The notes: generated by a model not told the origin, from the letters alone. 64,000 bases of DNA from Nemertoderma westbladi (GCA_032718475.1 JAUCBJ010003333.1:62001-126000), one strand, 5' to 3'; numbered from the stretch's first letter, positions 24,560 through 37,099 are shown. Numbers and translations: made by a program.

Positions 24560-25725
24560 TGTTCGCGCTTTTAGACCTTTAGCAGTTAAACCTGCCAATT
24601 TTAGTTGTCCTCTTGTTTATAAATCGCCTTTATCCTATATCAATTATTTAATGTACTGAAGTTACATCAGCCGAAGGCAGTCTGTGCGCGATCATTCACC
24701 CACAGTTAAGGGAGACTGGATTCGGATTCCTTGATAGTTATTGCGGTGTAGACCTAAACTGTATTATTCGATTGATCGTTACTATATAATCTCTGACAAT
24801 ATATTTACTTTCGGGGAAATATTAACAGTTCCTTTAGGACGTGGCGCTTTAAGTATAAAACAGAGTTATGACTTATACTAATCACAACTAGATGGCCACA
24901 GAGTTTCGTAAATAGAGCATTCTTTAGGAGATGCTTTATTATCTTTCACACTACTTCACACGACTTCACACTACTTCACACTACTGCGCACTAATCTGCC
25001 GACCATCACTGAATTTTATCATATATAAGGAAGATCGCAACTGACACTTGTAGGGATTATGAAATAACATTTAATTCACACAAAAACCACTATTATTTAA
25101 GTCGCAATTGCTACCGGTAACCTGTTCCTCTTACCTTCAGTAATCAAGAAGATTGGGGGTTCTATGATTATTTATCGGTATTCTCCAAATATATCAGCAA
25201 TATACATAAATATAACAACAATTAATAACAGAAGTAAAATAATGCGGTGAACAGTCAGCATGTGTTACTTATGCAGTTATGAAAGTCAGACAGTCTGGTG
25301 AGTTCATAAGTGGTTGGTTCGTCAGATAATAGATTTACGTTCTTGTAATCAAAGCCATCTGATGTTTAGGCCAAAGTCTGAAACTTCCAAAACAGAAGTA
25401 CAGAAGATTCCAAGCCGGTTCTGAGGCTCAGAAAGGTAAACAAAGACCGTAATGCATTGCACGGGTTTACATAGGCCTCTGTAAGACATAAGGGGAAATC
25501 GCTCTGATTGGTTGGACGAACAAAGAAGTTCCACGTCCACAATGAATCAGCTGATAGATTTCGTCATCTGGGCTCGGATTCCTCCCTTTCACGTAGTTGG
25601 ATAGATTTAGGGCTATTTTAGAGTATTCTGCGCATTGCGGCAAAAATGACTTGTTATGTCCTCAAAAGCACCTACACTGCGCATTGCGGGAAAAATGACT
25701 TGTTTTGTCCGCAAAAGCTTTTACA
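24560..25725 (-). repeat. 5' LTR of BEL/Pao element
   Basis: Same termini as 3073-4206, with scattered substitutions and indels (e.g. extra AAACCTGCCAAT near 24588). Confidence 0.95.
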
Positions 25726-25922
25726 ATTTAGCTTAATAATATTATGTCCATTCAGTTATCTGTTAGGTTGTTTGTTATTGGTTTGTATCAATGGCGTTTT
25801 AACCAAGGCGTCCTAATACAGGCCATGCAGCCGAGATTTAGGTAAAATTAGCGTAGGCTGAAAGTTTTACAATGGGCAAAATAGGAATTCCAATGAATAT
25901 TATGGGTAGTAAGACAATGTTT

Positions 25923-27046
25923 GTATCTTATTCTCAGCAAGCAATATTTTGTAATTTATTATGTATGTACTAATATTTAGACATTTCAAATGGCGTCTAA
26001 TCAAAAATCTTCTTAATAATATTATATATATTTACTATAATTAACCATTCATTTTCATTTAATACTAATTGTACAAGGCATGGCTTTGGTGGATATACTA
26101 CTACTAGGATCGGCATGCTGCATTGCAGCTGCATTTTTAAGAATGCTGTGCCGGCTTGTCAACAAAATTGCACCGCCACAACTCCCTATCACCCATGACA
26201 TTTGCTAGATCATCCGCATCTTTAAGGCCAGTGTCCTTTAAGATGCGTCTCAAGAAAGTCATGGGCTGTCCACCATGCTTATTCACTCCATGAGGCTGCC
26301 AAAGTACAAGATTATGCACTGGCTGGTCCTCACGGCGAAAGCAATGTCCTGCAAAGCGGAGGCGATTTTGTTCTAGTGTCAAGCTTGGGGGAACCAATGA
26401 GACACCTCCAATATTATATAGTGTCTGGTTGGAGATGTGTGCATTGTACTTATTGACACAATGAACCCGGCGTAGCATTCTTGTGAATGTGCCATCCAGA
26501 GATTTGGTGTCCTCAGCAGTTAGAGCCCAGCATGGACTCCCGTAGAGGAGTACTGGAACTACTGCTGCTCTAAATAATCGGACCTTAAGTTTCCGATTAA
26601 TTCTAGGTGACATCCAAATCCTGGAAAGCCTATTCAAGGCTGCCCATGCCTTTCCCTTACGTATTCGAAGGTCCTCACCTGACTTCCGGATCCATGATCC
26701 CAGGTAACAGAAGTCGTCCACATGCTCAAGCACACCATCCTTTGAGCTTATGCTCATCCGATCAGAGACTTGCTGAGGACTTTCAAAGTTAACGGTCAGA
26801 ATTTTGGTCTTTCTGGAGTTAATAAAAAGACCAACACTAGAAGCAGCATGTTCTAATGAGCCGATGGTATCTTATTCTCAGCAAGCAATATTTTGTAATT
26901 TATTATGTATGTACAGGTACTAATATTTAGACATTTCAAATTGCGTCTAATCAAAAATCTTCTTAATAATATTATATATATTTACTATAATTAACCATTT
27001 ATTTTCATTTAATACTAATTGTACAAGGCATGGCTTTGGTGGATAT
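25923..27046. repeat. ~175-bp target-site duplication around the RTE fragment
   Basis: 25923-26096 and 26867-27046 are near-identical (GTATCTTATTCTC...GGTGGATAT); the second copy has a 6-bp insertion. Confidence 0.9.
26097..26866 (-). mobile_element. 5'-truncated RTE-clade non-LTR retrotransposon
   Basis: ORF 26137-26757: VDDFCYLGSWI, KAWAALNRLSRIW, KVRLFRAAVVPVLLYGS..W, RLRFAGHCFR. (TAG)n 3' tail. Flanked by a long direct duplication. Confidence 0.85.
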
Positions 27047-27829
27047 GGTGACATAATGGCGGTTACGTTTGGGTGGACCTGGTGACATGGTGCTGTAGCG
27101 GTGGTATTATGGTTATGGACTTATGGTTATAAGATATATTATTACTTTATATTATTATTACAGTAGGTACCTATACTTTTACTTTATATCATTGTCTAGT
27201 ACTTTATGTTATTACTTTATTATTTATATATATATATTTTCGATTAAAAACTTATATTAACTTTATTATTCATATTTTTATTTATTTTAATACGATTACC
27301 GACCCAATATTCCCCACCCCAGAGTGAAAACACATAAACCAAAATTAAACGTGTGACCCCCAGTAGATAAATATATCAGTTGCAGTTTAAAGAGTCTCTC
27401 CGAGCTCGGACTCAACTTGTGACCCCCCAGTAGAGAAATGTCTAGGTTTTAATGAGTCTCTCCGGGCTCTGAAGTACTGTGTGCTGTGCGGAATAAATAA
27501 ATCCATGCTCCTGAGTATTGCAACTTGCCGATTAATGTAAATAAAACGTTTATCAGTCTGCTGGTAATTACTCAGATAGCGAACAATCTCTTCAATTTCT
27601 GACCAGGCAAATGCGCGTTTTGGGTTCTTTATGAATGGTATAGGCCTAGAAACTTTTGCCAACTTGGCAAATTTTGGTCAAAATTTTTTTTATTTTTTCA
27701 TTTTTTTTTATTTTAGCCTCAGATCACTTCAAAATATACTATATAGCAGGTGTTGTTCTTGTTGTCGATAATCGCTTACCACATGACGTAGCAAAACACT
27801 CATTTTATAGCCAAAAACAATTACCAATT

Positions 27830-28172
27830 GATGGAAAGGAGCAGGTTAAGGCCGGATTTTCTAACCAAAACAATAAACAGTCACTTTACCAAATCAGGGA
27901 AAGGAGCAGGTTACAGAGACGGGATTTTCTAACCAAAACAATAAACGATAACATTACCAATTGAGAGAAAGGAGCAGGTTACAGAGGCGGGAATTCCTAA
28001 CCAAAACAATAAACGATCACTTAACTAATTGAGGGAAAGGAGCAGGTTACAGAGGCGGGATTTTCTAACCAAAATAATCAACGATCATTTAACTAATTGA
28101 GGGAAGGGGGCAGGTTACAGAGGCGGGGGAAAGGAGCAGGGTACAGAGGCGGGATTTTCTAACCAAAACAAT
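27830..28172. repeat. Minisatellite, ~65-68-bp unit, ~5 copies
   Basis: Repeated GGAAAGGAGCAGGTTACAGAGGCGGGATTTTCTAACCAAAACAAT. Confidence 0.85.
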
Positions 28173-28531
28173 CGGTCAGCCGTTAGGCCTACCAGTACCG
28201 TATTTAAATGGTAGGCTACACAGTAGGCCTACAGCAGTACCGGTGCCGGTACCGGTACTAAAATACAGAAATACCTGCTTTATACCTACATCTGTACATA
28301 CTGACATACAATACAGAAAATAGTGCTGCTATATATACTAATACCGGTACTGATAGCCTGAGAGAACAGCAGTAGAGAAACCGGTAGCATGGAACCTAAC
28401 ATTAGATTTTTGGAGGACATAAAATAATCAAAAAAAGGACAAAAAAAGGATTTAAACGGACAATAAAAATGATTGCGTTTGAATATCATAACATGATGGC
28501 CTACATCAAACACATACAGTAGCCAAAGCTA

Positions 28532-29088
28532 CGCTGGTGATTTGCGGCCATATTTACTTTTTTTGATATAATTCAATTGTTTTCCTTTTTTCTGACCATT
28601 TGCGGCCATATTTACTTTTTCAGAAATAATAATATTTCTTTTCCTTTTTCTATTAATTGTTCCTGCATTACTTTTCCTTTTTTTCTATCAACTGTTTGGT
28701 CAATTACTTATCTTTTTTCTATCAGCTGCGTTGACTGTTTGTTCTCTAGCGCAGTACCGGTACGGCTGTAGGCTACATGCTGACTATACAGCTATACAGT
28801 ACGAACAGCTGATAGAAAAAAGGTAAAGCCTTTTATGGAACAGCTGATAGAAAAAGGTAAAGCAATTGATGGAACAGCTGATAAAAAAAGGTAAAGCAAT
28901 TGATGGAACAGCTGATAGAAAAAGGTAAAGTAATTTAATTATTAATTATATTCAGAACTGCAGTAGGCCCAGAACCACAGTAGATGTACTGGTCTGCTCG
29001 TAGGTGTGTTATTGTAACAGCTGATAGAAAAAAGGTAAAGTAATTAAATTATATCAGAAAAAGTAAATGTGGCCGCAAATCACCACCG
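28532..29088. mobile_element. TA-flanked MITE with subterminal repeats
   Basis: ~40-bp TIR CG(C/G)TGGTGATTTGCGGCCA(T/C)ATTTACTTTTT; TA on both sides; internal ACAGCTGATAGAAAAAAGGTAAAG repeats in both orientations. Confidence 0.8.
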
Positions 29089-31207
29089 TACAAAGCCAAC
29101 CAATAGTACAGCCAATAACAGATAATTTGTATCCTAGCGACGGCAACACTTTTTGTAGTGTGAGGCAGGGACAAGGGGCCTTGGGCTTGGGCAAGAATAA
29201 TGAACTCAGCTGGCTGTGTAGCAGTAGCAGTTACCGGTAGTGTTGGATTTTATATACCGGTCTGCCCCTCCACTGGAACGCCTGCTGCAGTACTGCAGTA
29301 GCGTACCACCGCCCGCACTTTCACAGGCCTTACTACGGTAGGCCTACCTGCCTACTATACATTTCACTTGTATTCTAGGCTTGTCTGCAGGTTATCAGCT
29401 TTGGTACGGCTGTATGCAGGCAGCAGGTATGGTCTGACGGTTGTTGTATAATTAAATTCAGAAATTTAGGCCTATTTCAGTATTTCATGTATTATTTGTT
29501 AATTTTTAGTGAGCCTAACTGCCTAATACTGTGATTGTACTAGGCCTAGCATTTTTGTTTTCTCATGTTCTTTCAGTAACCAATCCACATTCACCCATTT
29601 GGCTAATAACCTCAGGATTTTAGTAAACTCATGAGTCTGACTTCCCTCTGAAGCTCTGATCTAAGTTCCACCTACCTACCTACTGCTTATTTTATACAAT
29701 CTGCCTGCATTATAGGCCTACTGCAGTTCCCTAAACTTCAAGTTCGAAAGTTGTAATCCTGTAATCCTTATATCCGAGGATCCCTATGAGGTGAGGATCA
29801 CTTGCAGCTTATCCTAACGAATCGTCTCCTTCTGCATATACAGATATCAGGATATAGATGACTGCTGAGTCTTCAACGTTGACGACACAAACTGGCGGAC
29901 TGGGTGCCAGCACGTTTGCGATAACATTCTCGTATATCTCTGGACGGCCAAGGTCGAGAGAGGGTCGTACCGGAACTCTATCATTGCGACTTCCGGCCCT
30001 TAGCCTCGTTTCTCCGACGCAATGCTGAAAGATGCAAAAGTGCGCCTACTGGGCATGCTCGAATCCGGTGGGAAAACTACCGGTAGTTCCAATCGCATTG
30101 TACGTATACGTAAGCAGGACTTCGCTAAAAGCAAACATGCATGTGAAACTAAAGAAACTTCGTGGTATCGGTACGATTATAGCGCGTGGTTTATGGTACT
30201 TGCAACGTTTACCGGATGAAATCTTAGGCTCTAGAATCAGCGGCATGAAATACTGAAATACAAAGTGCAAAACTTTCGTGGGTCAAGTCGTGGAGCAGAA
30301 ATTATTTGATTAATTGAACAAATTAAATTCACAATTTAGTATTGAATCTTTAATATATTATACTAAATAATAATAATATTAATTATATTATGTAAATATA
30401 TTAATAGTATAAACAGCTATAGCTATATACCATAAATATATTGTTATATTTCATAATTAAAATTTGTTTAATAAATTATTTTGCATTTTGTACAAATACT
30501 GATATATTTTTTAGCGTATTTACAAAAGCAAAGAATATAAAGGTGCTTTTGTGATAATTATGCAAATGAATTTTTTATTTTAATTCAAATACTTACAGTA
30601 ATATTAACCAAGTTTTTGTTAAACAGTAAAATTTAGTTTTCATTCTTTGATATATTTTTTTGTGGGTTTTAAATAAAATTTGAAATATTTTTGGTACTAA
30701 CAATTAGTAAATTGTGGATTTCAGTTTCCAACAATTACATTTAAATCGCACTCTTATATGAACAGAACTTCACAGTCTAGTCCAATATTAAAATTGTTTG
30801 CGAATTCGAATTGTTTGTGAAACATATATGTTTCATCATAATATGAATTTTTATCGTAGTTGTTACTGGAAGATGGCACAACCGAATTTTATTTAGTAGG
30901 TATAGGCCCTAGCCAGCAAACTTGTGGTGCTGTATGTTGGTACAGTACATTAATAGTTGTTATGGGTACAATTAATTATTGCGGAATTTCAGAACAGTAA
31001 TAATATTAATAATGTTAATAACCTACTGTATTAGCTTTATGATGTTCAGGATGCATATTTGGTGTACAGAATCGATAATGGATATACTCTGTGTTCCTAT
31101 TAAAGTACTGATAATGTAATAATATATATGATTATTGCTTATTTTTTTTTTTTTAATAATATAAATAAGGTATTAATTATTATAAAACAAAGAATCTTAA
31201 TAATGAA

Positions 31208-31361
31208 TGGGAGCATCTTTTAGGCTCGTTAAGCCAAGGAATGCCTGTTCATGTAAACCCTTCCACTCTGTTTCCCAAAGTCTTGGTTCCCATTTATCGA
31301 CCACTGAAGGATGAAAGCCGGGCTTAGGCTAGGGGTTAGGCTATGGGCTAGGGGTTAGGCT
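31208..31361 (-). mobile_element. Short truncated SINE-like insertion with 17-bp TSD
   Basis: AGAATCTTAATAATGAA at 31191-31207 and 31362-31378. Minus strand contains CTTTCATCCTTCAGTGGTCGATAAATGGGAACC, resembling a conserved SINE core. GGGGTTAGGCTA repeats at one end. Confidence 0.55.
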
Positions 31362-31464
31362 AGAATCTTAATAATGAAATTATTAAGAGTGAATTAAGCC
31401 ACCGCAAACTGACGTTACAAGGCGGGAAATTTGAGACTACTACTAAGACAAACACAGTAACATG

Positions 31465-32039
31465 AGTAGTAGAAGAAGAGGTGACCCCAAATTCCGGTGC
31501 TAAATTACGGCGTTTAATTGGCCACATCTGTCACCATCGAGGTAGTTACCATCAACCAATCGTAGCGTATTCACCTACGCGTAGCCTAACCTCGCGTAGC
31601 CCACCTTATTCAACAGCAGCTGTTACCACCCTTCGGTATTGATTCGTATCATTGCTGCAACAACCATCCATTGCATATTCATCTTCGCGTAGCCTAACTT
31701 CTCGACGCATGGCTAGCCCCCAACCCATCGCTATTCGATCAACTGCTGTTACCCACCCACTCACCAACCAACCAACAGCGATACACCCTCAGATTATTCC
31801 CCTTTTCGCCACGCTACCACCTCCACATACTGTATATGGTGACTAAAACGATAACGTGGCCATCTACACGATGCATATACCAAGTCGTTATATTACAGTA
31901 TATTATATCGATTGCCAACTCAACGATTTACATCCCTCCGTTGATAGAGCTACTCAACTGCTGTCGCCAAACCAACAAACCAACCACTCAGTATGATACA
32001 TGTGCATGAAATTCCGCCACGTTCCAGCTACACGTATAC
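31465..32039 (+). repeat. Polinton left TIR
   Basis: Reverse complement of 49593-50203 apart from a 59-bp deletion, a ~24-bp insertion and a few substitutions. Confidence 0.95.
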
Positions 32040-32327
32040 ACACATTAGTGATTATTATTATTATGCAATAATTTTTAATTAAACTGCATTTTCCCTCCCG
32101 GCTAATCAACCAATCAATAAACCGAATTTAGGCTATTTCTCAGTTTAAGACCTGTATTATTTTTGAAAATATCTTATATATATAATCTCTTGCTTTAATC
32201 ACAATTAATCATTTGTAATGGTTTTAGTTTAAAAGTTTTTACTTTGTTTGTTTGATTTACAATAAAATAAATTAAATAATGTCTTCTGATTCCGATATGG
32301 TTATGCCAATAGTAAGGCATTCATTTT

Positions 32328-32720
32328 TTGCAGAAGATGGTCAAGCCTATATTGTTTGATTATACAATTTACCGTCAGGGAGATGATAAATATAAAATTG
32401 AGTTTTCTGAAAAAGCCAGGAAAGTTTTAAGCTCAATTGATATTGATGCTTCTGATAATAGTATTCATCTCTTAGATTACAACCTGAAAGTTGAGCATGA
32501 GGGAAAATTAATCAACATCTTACTATTATCCATGATAGAGGGGTTTATTGTTATTACACAATACAACGAAGCTGGTGAAAAGTTTGAAATACGGCTAAAT
32601 CGGCATAGCCCCTACGAAATTATGTCTTTCTTTATTGTAATGATTTCAAAGGAATCCTTTATCGAACCTGAAGAATCAACAGATAATGTTGAATATGTTG
32701 ATAATATCATTGATTCTTGA
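32328..32720 (+). CDS. Polinton hypothetical protein (possibly frameshifted from ATG 32279)
   Basis: 130-aa ORF in AT-rich context with acidic C-terminus; no motif recognised. Confidence 0.5.
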   Translation: MQKMVKPILFDYTIYRQGDDKYKIEFSEKARKVLSSIDIDASDNSIHLLDYNLKVEHEGKLINILLLSMIEGFIVITQYNEAGEKFEIRLNRHSPYEIMSFFIVMISKESFIEPEESTDNVEYVDNIIDS

Positions 32721-32883
32721 CTTTTCCCTCTATATTATAAATATTTTATGATTATTTATAAAATTTTAATGTTTTTAAATAATCGAAAATTGTAGTAGTA
32801 TTTGTATATACAGTATAACAGTTTTGTTTGTTGTTGTTGTGTATTGAGGTAATTATTTTCAATTTACTTTAAAATTTGGAAAA

Positions 32884-33336
32884 ATGGATATTTTAAATGA
32901 AAAATGTCCAGTTTGCTATTCTAAGTTATTGCAACAACATCGAGATTATTATAAATGTGAAAATAAACATGCAACTTGCGTACAATGTATTGTACAATAT
33001 TCCGAAATGAATAATTATTGTTCTAAAATTTGTCCTATTTGTCGCGCACCCATATCTAAGTTTAATATAAAGTTGGCAAGTTATCAACCCTATTATTGGA
33101 AAGAGCTTCGCAATATAACTTATATTTCTGCGGAAAGTAATGATCCGGGAGATTTATTTACAATATTGGAGAATTTTTTTTATAGAAATGTAGTACGACG
33201 GTGTTGCTACTATATTCCTTATTTTTTTAGCAGCGAACATAAAAAAATCATTAGTGCGAAATTCTCGGGAAGTGATTTCCAAACCGCCGATGTTACCTAT
33301 CATTATTTCGCGTATAAAGATGCTCACCATGCTTGA
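32884..33336 (+). CDS. RING-finger (C3HC4-like) protein, putative E3 ligase
   Basis: CPVC...CENKHATCVQC...CPICR. Confidence 0.85.
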   Translation: MDILNEKCPVCYSKLLQQHRDYYKCENKHATCVQCIVQYSEMNNYCSKICPICRAPISKFNIKLASYQPYYWKELRNITYISAESNDPGDLFTILENFFYRNVVRRCCYYIPYFFSSEHKKIISAKFSGSDFQTADVTYHYFAYKDAHHA

Positions 33337-33553
33337 AATTACATCAGTCTATACTATAATTGGAAATAGCACCTTTTGTTGCAGCGAGCGTCACATACTG
33401 TAGTTGTGTCATATGTTAATTAAATATACAGTACTCTAATATTGTAGTTGCCTCAATTATTGTTATATACATAGTAATGGTGATGGTTTATTGATATTGA
33501 TATTGATATTTATATTATATTGTATTGTTGATATATCTTAATAATAATAATAA

Positions 33554-34234
33554 ATGGCTGACTTTAATTCAGGTCCATATAATTTAAACTTTCAAATGGG
33601 AACGAGTATGATAATTTCTGGGCCATCTGGTTCTGGAAAGTCAATGTTTGTCAGTAATTTAATTAAACACAAGAATGGTTGTTTCAACGAAGCCCCCTTG
33701 CGAGTATTGTATTGTTACGGGAGCAATCTCCCGACTATTCCAGGTATTACTCACCTTTACAAAGGTTTGCCTGAAAATATAGATAGTTTAGTGAATAGTC
33801 GAGATTTATTAATTATAGATGATTTATTAACAGAAACTGAGTCCAGTACAGCTTTAACTGTATTGTTTACTAAGGTAGCTCATCATTCCAATATATTTAT
33901 TTGTTTTATAACGCAAAACATGTTTTACGGTAGGAAGCATAACCGCACAAGATCAATTAATAGCCATACTTTAGTATTAATGAAAAATCCGCGAGACAGT
34001 TTATCAGTTTTAAATTTCGCGAAGCAGATGTTACCAGGGCAGACCAAATTTTTAGTTGATTCCTATCAAGATGCGACAATTGAACCATTTTCACATTTCT
34101 TAATTGATTTACGACAGGAAACACCCGAACATTTAAGATTTAGATCGGATATATTTCGTAATCATAATTGTTACATTAAAAATTACATTGACTATAAACG
34201 TAGTGAAAATAATAATAATAATAATAATAAATAA
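33554..34234 (+). CDS. A32/FtsK-like genome packaging ATPase
   Basis: Walker A GPSGSGKS, Walker B LLIIDD, FITQN, MKNPRD. Confidence 0.95.
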   Translation: MADFNSGPYNLNFQMGTSMIISGPSGSGKSMFVSNLIKHKNGCFNEAPLRVLYCYGSNLPTIPGITHLYKGLPENIDSLVNSRDLLIIDDLLTETESSTALTVLFTKVAHHSNIFICFITQNMFYGRKHNRTRSINSHTLVLMKNPRDSLSVLNFAKQMLPGQTKFLVDSYQDATIEPFSHFLIDLRQETPEHLRFRSDIFRNHNCYIKNYIDYKRSENNNNNNNK

Positions 34235-34271
34235 TTAATATTTTGTAACAATTTTCAATAATGTTGCAACA

Positions 34272-34655
34272 ATGAATAGACTTGTACAGAAATATCGTAA
34301 CGAACTGGAATTTCTACGCAGCGCTACCCCTCAACAAAGAACTTATTTTATTAATCATACCGCGAGTAACGAATTAATACGGCTCATTGTAAATACTGCA
34401 TTAAATGTTCTAAAAGGTAACGTACAATTAACCCCTCATTCATTTAGAAATATTCGCCGCTATAAGAAGGTATTGAAATCACTCAACCGTAAAACAAAAA
34501 ATATATCAAGTTACAGAAAAAAGTTAAGCAATCAATCTGGAGGTATACTACCATTTCTAATACCCTTACTCGGCATTGGTGCGAAACTCGCCGCGAGTGC
34601 CGGTGCCGCCACCGCTGGAGCAGCTATTGCGAAAAAAATTAACCGCGGACGGTAA
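34272..34655 (+). CDS. Conserved small basic Polinton protein (putative virion core protein)
   Basis: NTALNVLKGNVQL and QSGGILPFLIPLLG; Gly-Gly followed by a hydrophobic helix, as in adenain substrates. Confidence 0.8.
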   Translation: MNRLVQKYRNELEFLRSATPQQRTYFINHTASNELIRLIVNTALNVLKGNVQLTPHSFRNIRRYKKVLKSLNRKTKNISSYRKKLSNQSGGILPFLIPLLGIGAKLAASAGAATAGAAIAKKINRGR

Positions 34656-34657
34656 TA

Positions 34658-34828
34658 ATGGTTAAAACAGGAGTAACATTTAGAAAATTATATTTAGTAT
34701 CGAGTAAACCGTTAGCTACTGATTTAAAACCACAAGATATACCTAGAGTAAATACTACAAAAAGAAAACCCTTTAAAACATCAACTTCAAAGAAAATAAT
34801 TAAAAAATTTCAGTTGTTCTTACGGTGA
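34658..34828 (+). CDS. 56-aa basic ORF below the track cutoff
   Basis: MVKTGVTFRKLYLVSS...; starts 2 nt after the previous stop in TAATAATG context. Confidence 0.45.
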   Translation: MVKTGVTFRKLYLVSSKPLATDLKPQDIPRVNTTKRKPFKTSTSKKIIKKFQLFLR

Positions 34829-34879
34829 TGCCCTTTATAAGAGATTTGAATATACATATTACTTGCGGTTGTCGAAAAG

Positions 34880-35968
34880 ATGCCTCGCAAGATGAAACCG
34901 ATTTTAAGCCGAAGCTTAGACAAAAAACTGTTAAGAATTTATTTAGATCCATCATCCCCCGCGGGTTTTGCAAATGTTGCAAAATTAGCAAAAGCTGCAA
35001 ACATCAAACCAGCACAAGCCCAGAAATGGTTGAGCGGGCAAAAGACATACACCCTTCACGCTCCACGTAGACATCATTATCCAACATCTAAAATATTTAC
35101 GGGGGGTTTAAAAGATATATATATGATAGATCTGGTGGATATGCAGCAATATAAATCGCAAAACAATAATTATAACTATATATTAACATGTATTGATGCC
35201 TTTAGCAGGCTTGCTTTTGGCTATGGTATGAAAACAAAAAAGGGTATTGAAATTATTAGTATATTGCAAAAAATATTCCAGAAAGGAAAACCAAACAGAA
35301 TCGCGACTGATCAAGGGTCTGAGTTTCTAAATAAATCTGTAAGAAAATATTTAGATACGTTAGGTATACAGTATTACGTAATGTATTCTGTGAATAAGGC
35401 AGCTATTGTCGAGAGATTCAATAGAACATTAAAAACAAAGATGTTCAAAATTTTTACACAACGAGGAAATAATGTTTGGATTAAAATTTTACCAAAGCTC
35501 ATTTATGCTTATAATAGGTCATATCATAGGACAATAAAAATGACACCTATTGAAGTTAATAAATTTAATGAAACTGAATTAATGAATAGATTATATGGGA
35601 AATATAGACAGATTAATCATAAGAAAATAAAATTTAAAGTTGGAGATACAGTACGATTATCTATCGCTCGTACTGCTTTTGCTAAAGGCTATCGAGAACA
35701 ATGAACACGTGAATTATTTATTATTCATCGTGTCAGGTTGGATAGAGTACCTGCTGTAATGTTCGATATTAAGGACAGCGCTGGAGCTATAATAAAGGGC
35801 TCATTTTATTCTCACGAACTCCAAAAGGTCCACCCGAATAGTAATATTTATCTAGCAATTGACAAAAATATTGGCAAACTTAAAGAACGTGTACGCAATG
35901 GGAAGAAAGAATATTTAGTCCGATTCATCGGATCCAAGAAACAGTCTTGGGTACAGCATATTCAATAA
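34880..35968 (+). pseudogene. Retroviral-type DDE integrase with chromodomain-like tail, one premature TGA
   Basis: IDLVDM, LTCIDAFSR, TDQGSEF, VERFNRTLK. GYREQ*TRELFII at 35702-04 (a Trp position) continues in frame to KERVRNGKKEYLVRFIG..SWV. Confidence 0.92.
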
Positions 35969-36226
35969 GCTTAGGTTTATACTGTATATTAATTCATTTT
36001 GGTCGCATATGACCGTAATTAATCAATATTAACTCGAATGATATTACTATATCTATAGTTCATCCGTTTTAAATAAAGCCAATAAAATATTGATCCCGCG
36101 CATATACTGTAGAAGATGCGACAATGAACGTGGTCACAGATGTCTATAATTTAACATTATACTGTACTGTATGTACAATGGAGTCAAGTAGAGAGAGAGA
36201 GAGCTTAAATAATAATAATAATAATA

Positions 36227-37099
36227 ATGGCCACAGATACATATATCACTCTACTTTCAGATAGCTCATTAAACACTTACCCCAATAATAATCCTAGCGA
36301 GTTTACTGTTGATTTAGCCGAAGAATTATATATTGGTCCAAACGCTAAAATTGGGCTTGCCGAGCTACAATACCAAGCAACATACAGTAATATTACACTG
36401 CAAACTCAAATCTCGCTGTCAATCGGGGTAGATGCAAAAGATGCCAAATTATATAGTTTATTTCCTGGTATGCATAGCTCTATTCAAGTGATTATTGATG
36501 ATATAAATAAACTGTTTAATTCTGAAGCGAAATATAGAGATTTCGAATTCATTTTTAATACAAATAATTCTAGAATTAAATTTAAATTTCCTAAAAAGTT
36601 GAAAAAAATACAATTAAGTCTACGTGGTGATTTAATACAAATTCTAGGCTTAAAACCGTTATTGGATCGGAATCATCCTGGTATTCCGAATTGGGATATA
36701 TACAGTACCACTACAGTAGATGAATTAAGCAATATAGAACAGCCGATATTAATTTTAAATTATAGCGGACCAAAAATTTTGGAAATTGGCATTTTAGATT
36801 TTCCAGCTCCCACGAATATAACACGTAATAAAGACACTATCTTTATATATACAGATATTATTAAGAGCTCATTTGTTGGTGACGCTTTAGCACCGCTCTT
36901 AAGAACCTGCCCTTTAACGCAATTAAATCGAAAATATATTAATCACGAATATGAGAGCATTTGCTATTACCCGTTGTTGAATAAAAAACTAAAAACAATC
37001 TTAATTACTTTACGTGACGGACAAGGCGAATTAATTAATTTTAGCGGAGGTCGCACTGTTATAACACTTAAGTTAATACGGGGTGGCAGTGATGGATGA
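36227..37099 (+). CDS. Minor capsid (penton) protein 1
   Basis: YITLLSDSS..YPNNNPSEFTVDL..IGLAEL; FIYTDII..VGDALAPLLR; YYPL..ITLRDGQGELINF. Confidence 0.9.
   Translation: MATDTYITLLSDSSLNTYPNNNPSEFTVDLAEELYIGPNAKIGLAELQYQATYSNITLQTQISLSIGVDAKDAKLYSLFPGMHSSIQVIIDDINKLFNSEAKYRDFEFIFNTNNSRIKFKFPKKLKKIQLSLRGDLIQILGLKPLLDRNHPGIPNWDIYSTTTVDELSNIEQPILILNYSGPKILEIGILDFPAPTNITRNKDTIFIYTDIIKSSFVGDALAPLLRTCPLTQLNRKYINHEYESICYYPLLNKKLKTILITLRDGQGELINFSGGRTVITLKLIRGGSDG

Larger units (their letters stand above)
3073..25725 (-). mobile_element. Full-length decayed BEL/Pao LTR retrotransposon with extra ORF (22.7 kb; ~18.5 kb without nested insertions)
   Basis: Two ~1.15-kb direct repeats bounded by TG...CA. 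5-bp TSD ATTTA at 3068-3072 and 25726-25730. Internal Gag-PR-RT-RH-IN order with BEL-type motifs. Confidence 0.95.

Noticed and set aside
27387-27662. Possible transposase fragment
   Set aside because: Protein-like but short, with no diagnostic motif and no element ends identified.
30022-30270. THAP-like start MQKCAYWACSN and overlapping short ORFs
   Set aside because: The remaining THAP residues (FP, W, C..HF) are absent; cannot assign.
31652-31846. Short ORFs in the TIRs (also 49967-50161)
   Set aside because: Not preserved between the two TIR copies; no motifs.
34825-35070. Overprinted 81-aa ORF overlapping the integrase start
   Set aside because: The ATGA overlap with the upstream stop is suggestive, but there is no motif or other support.
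4892-35704. Alternative genetic code (TGA=Trp) suggested by in-frame TGA codons
   Set aside because: TAG/TAA interruptions and frameshifts also occur, TGG is used freely, and TGA ends intact genes; ordinary decay explains it.
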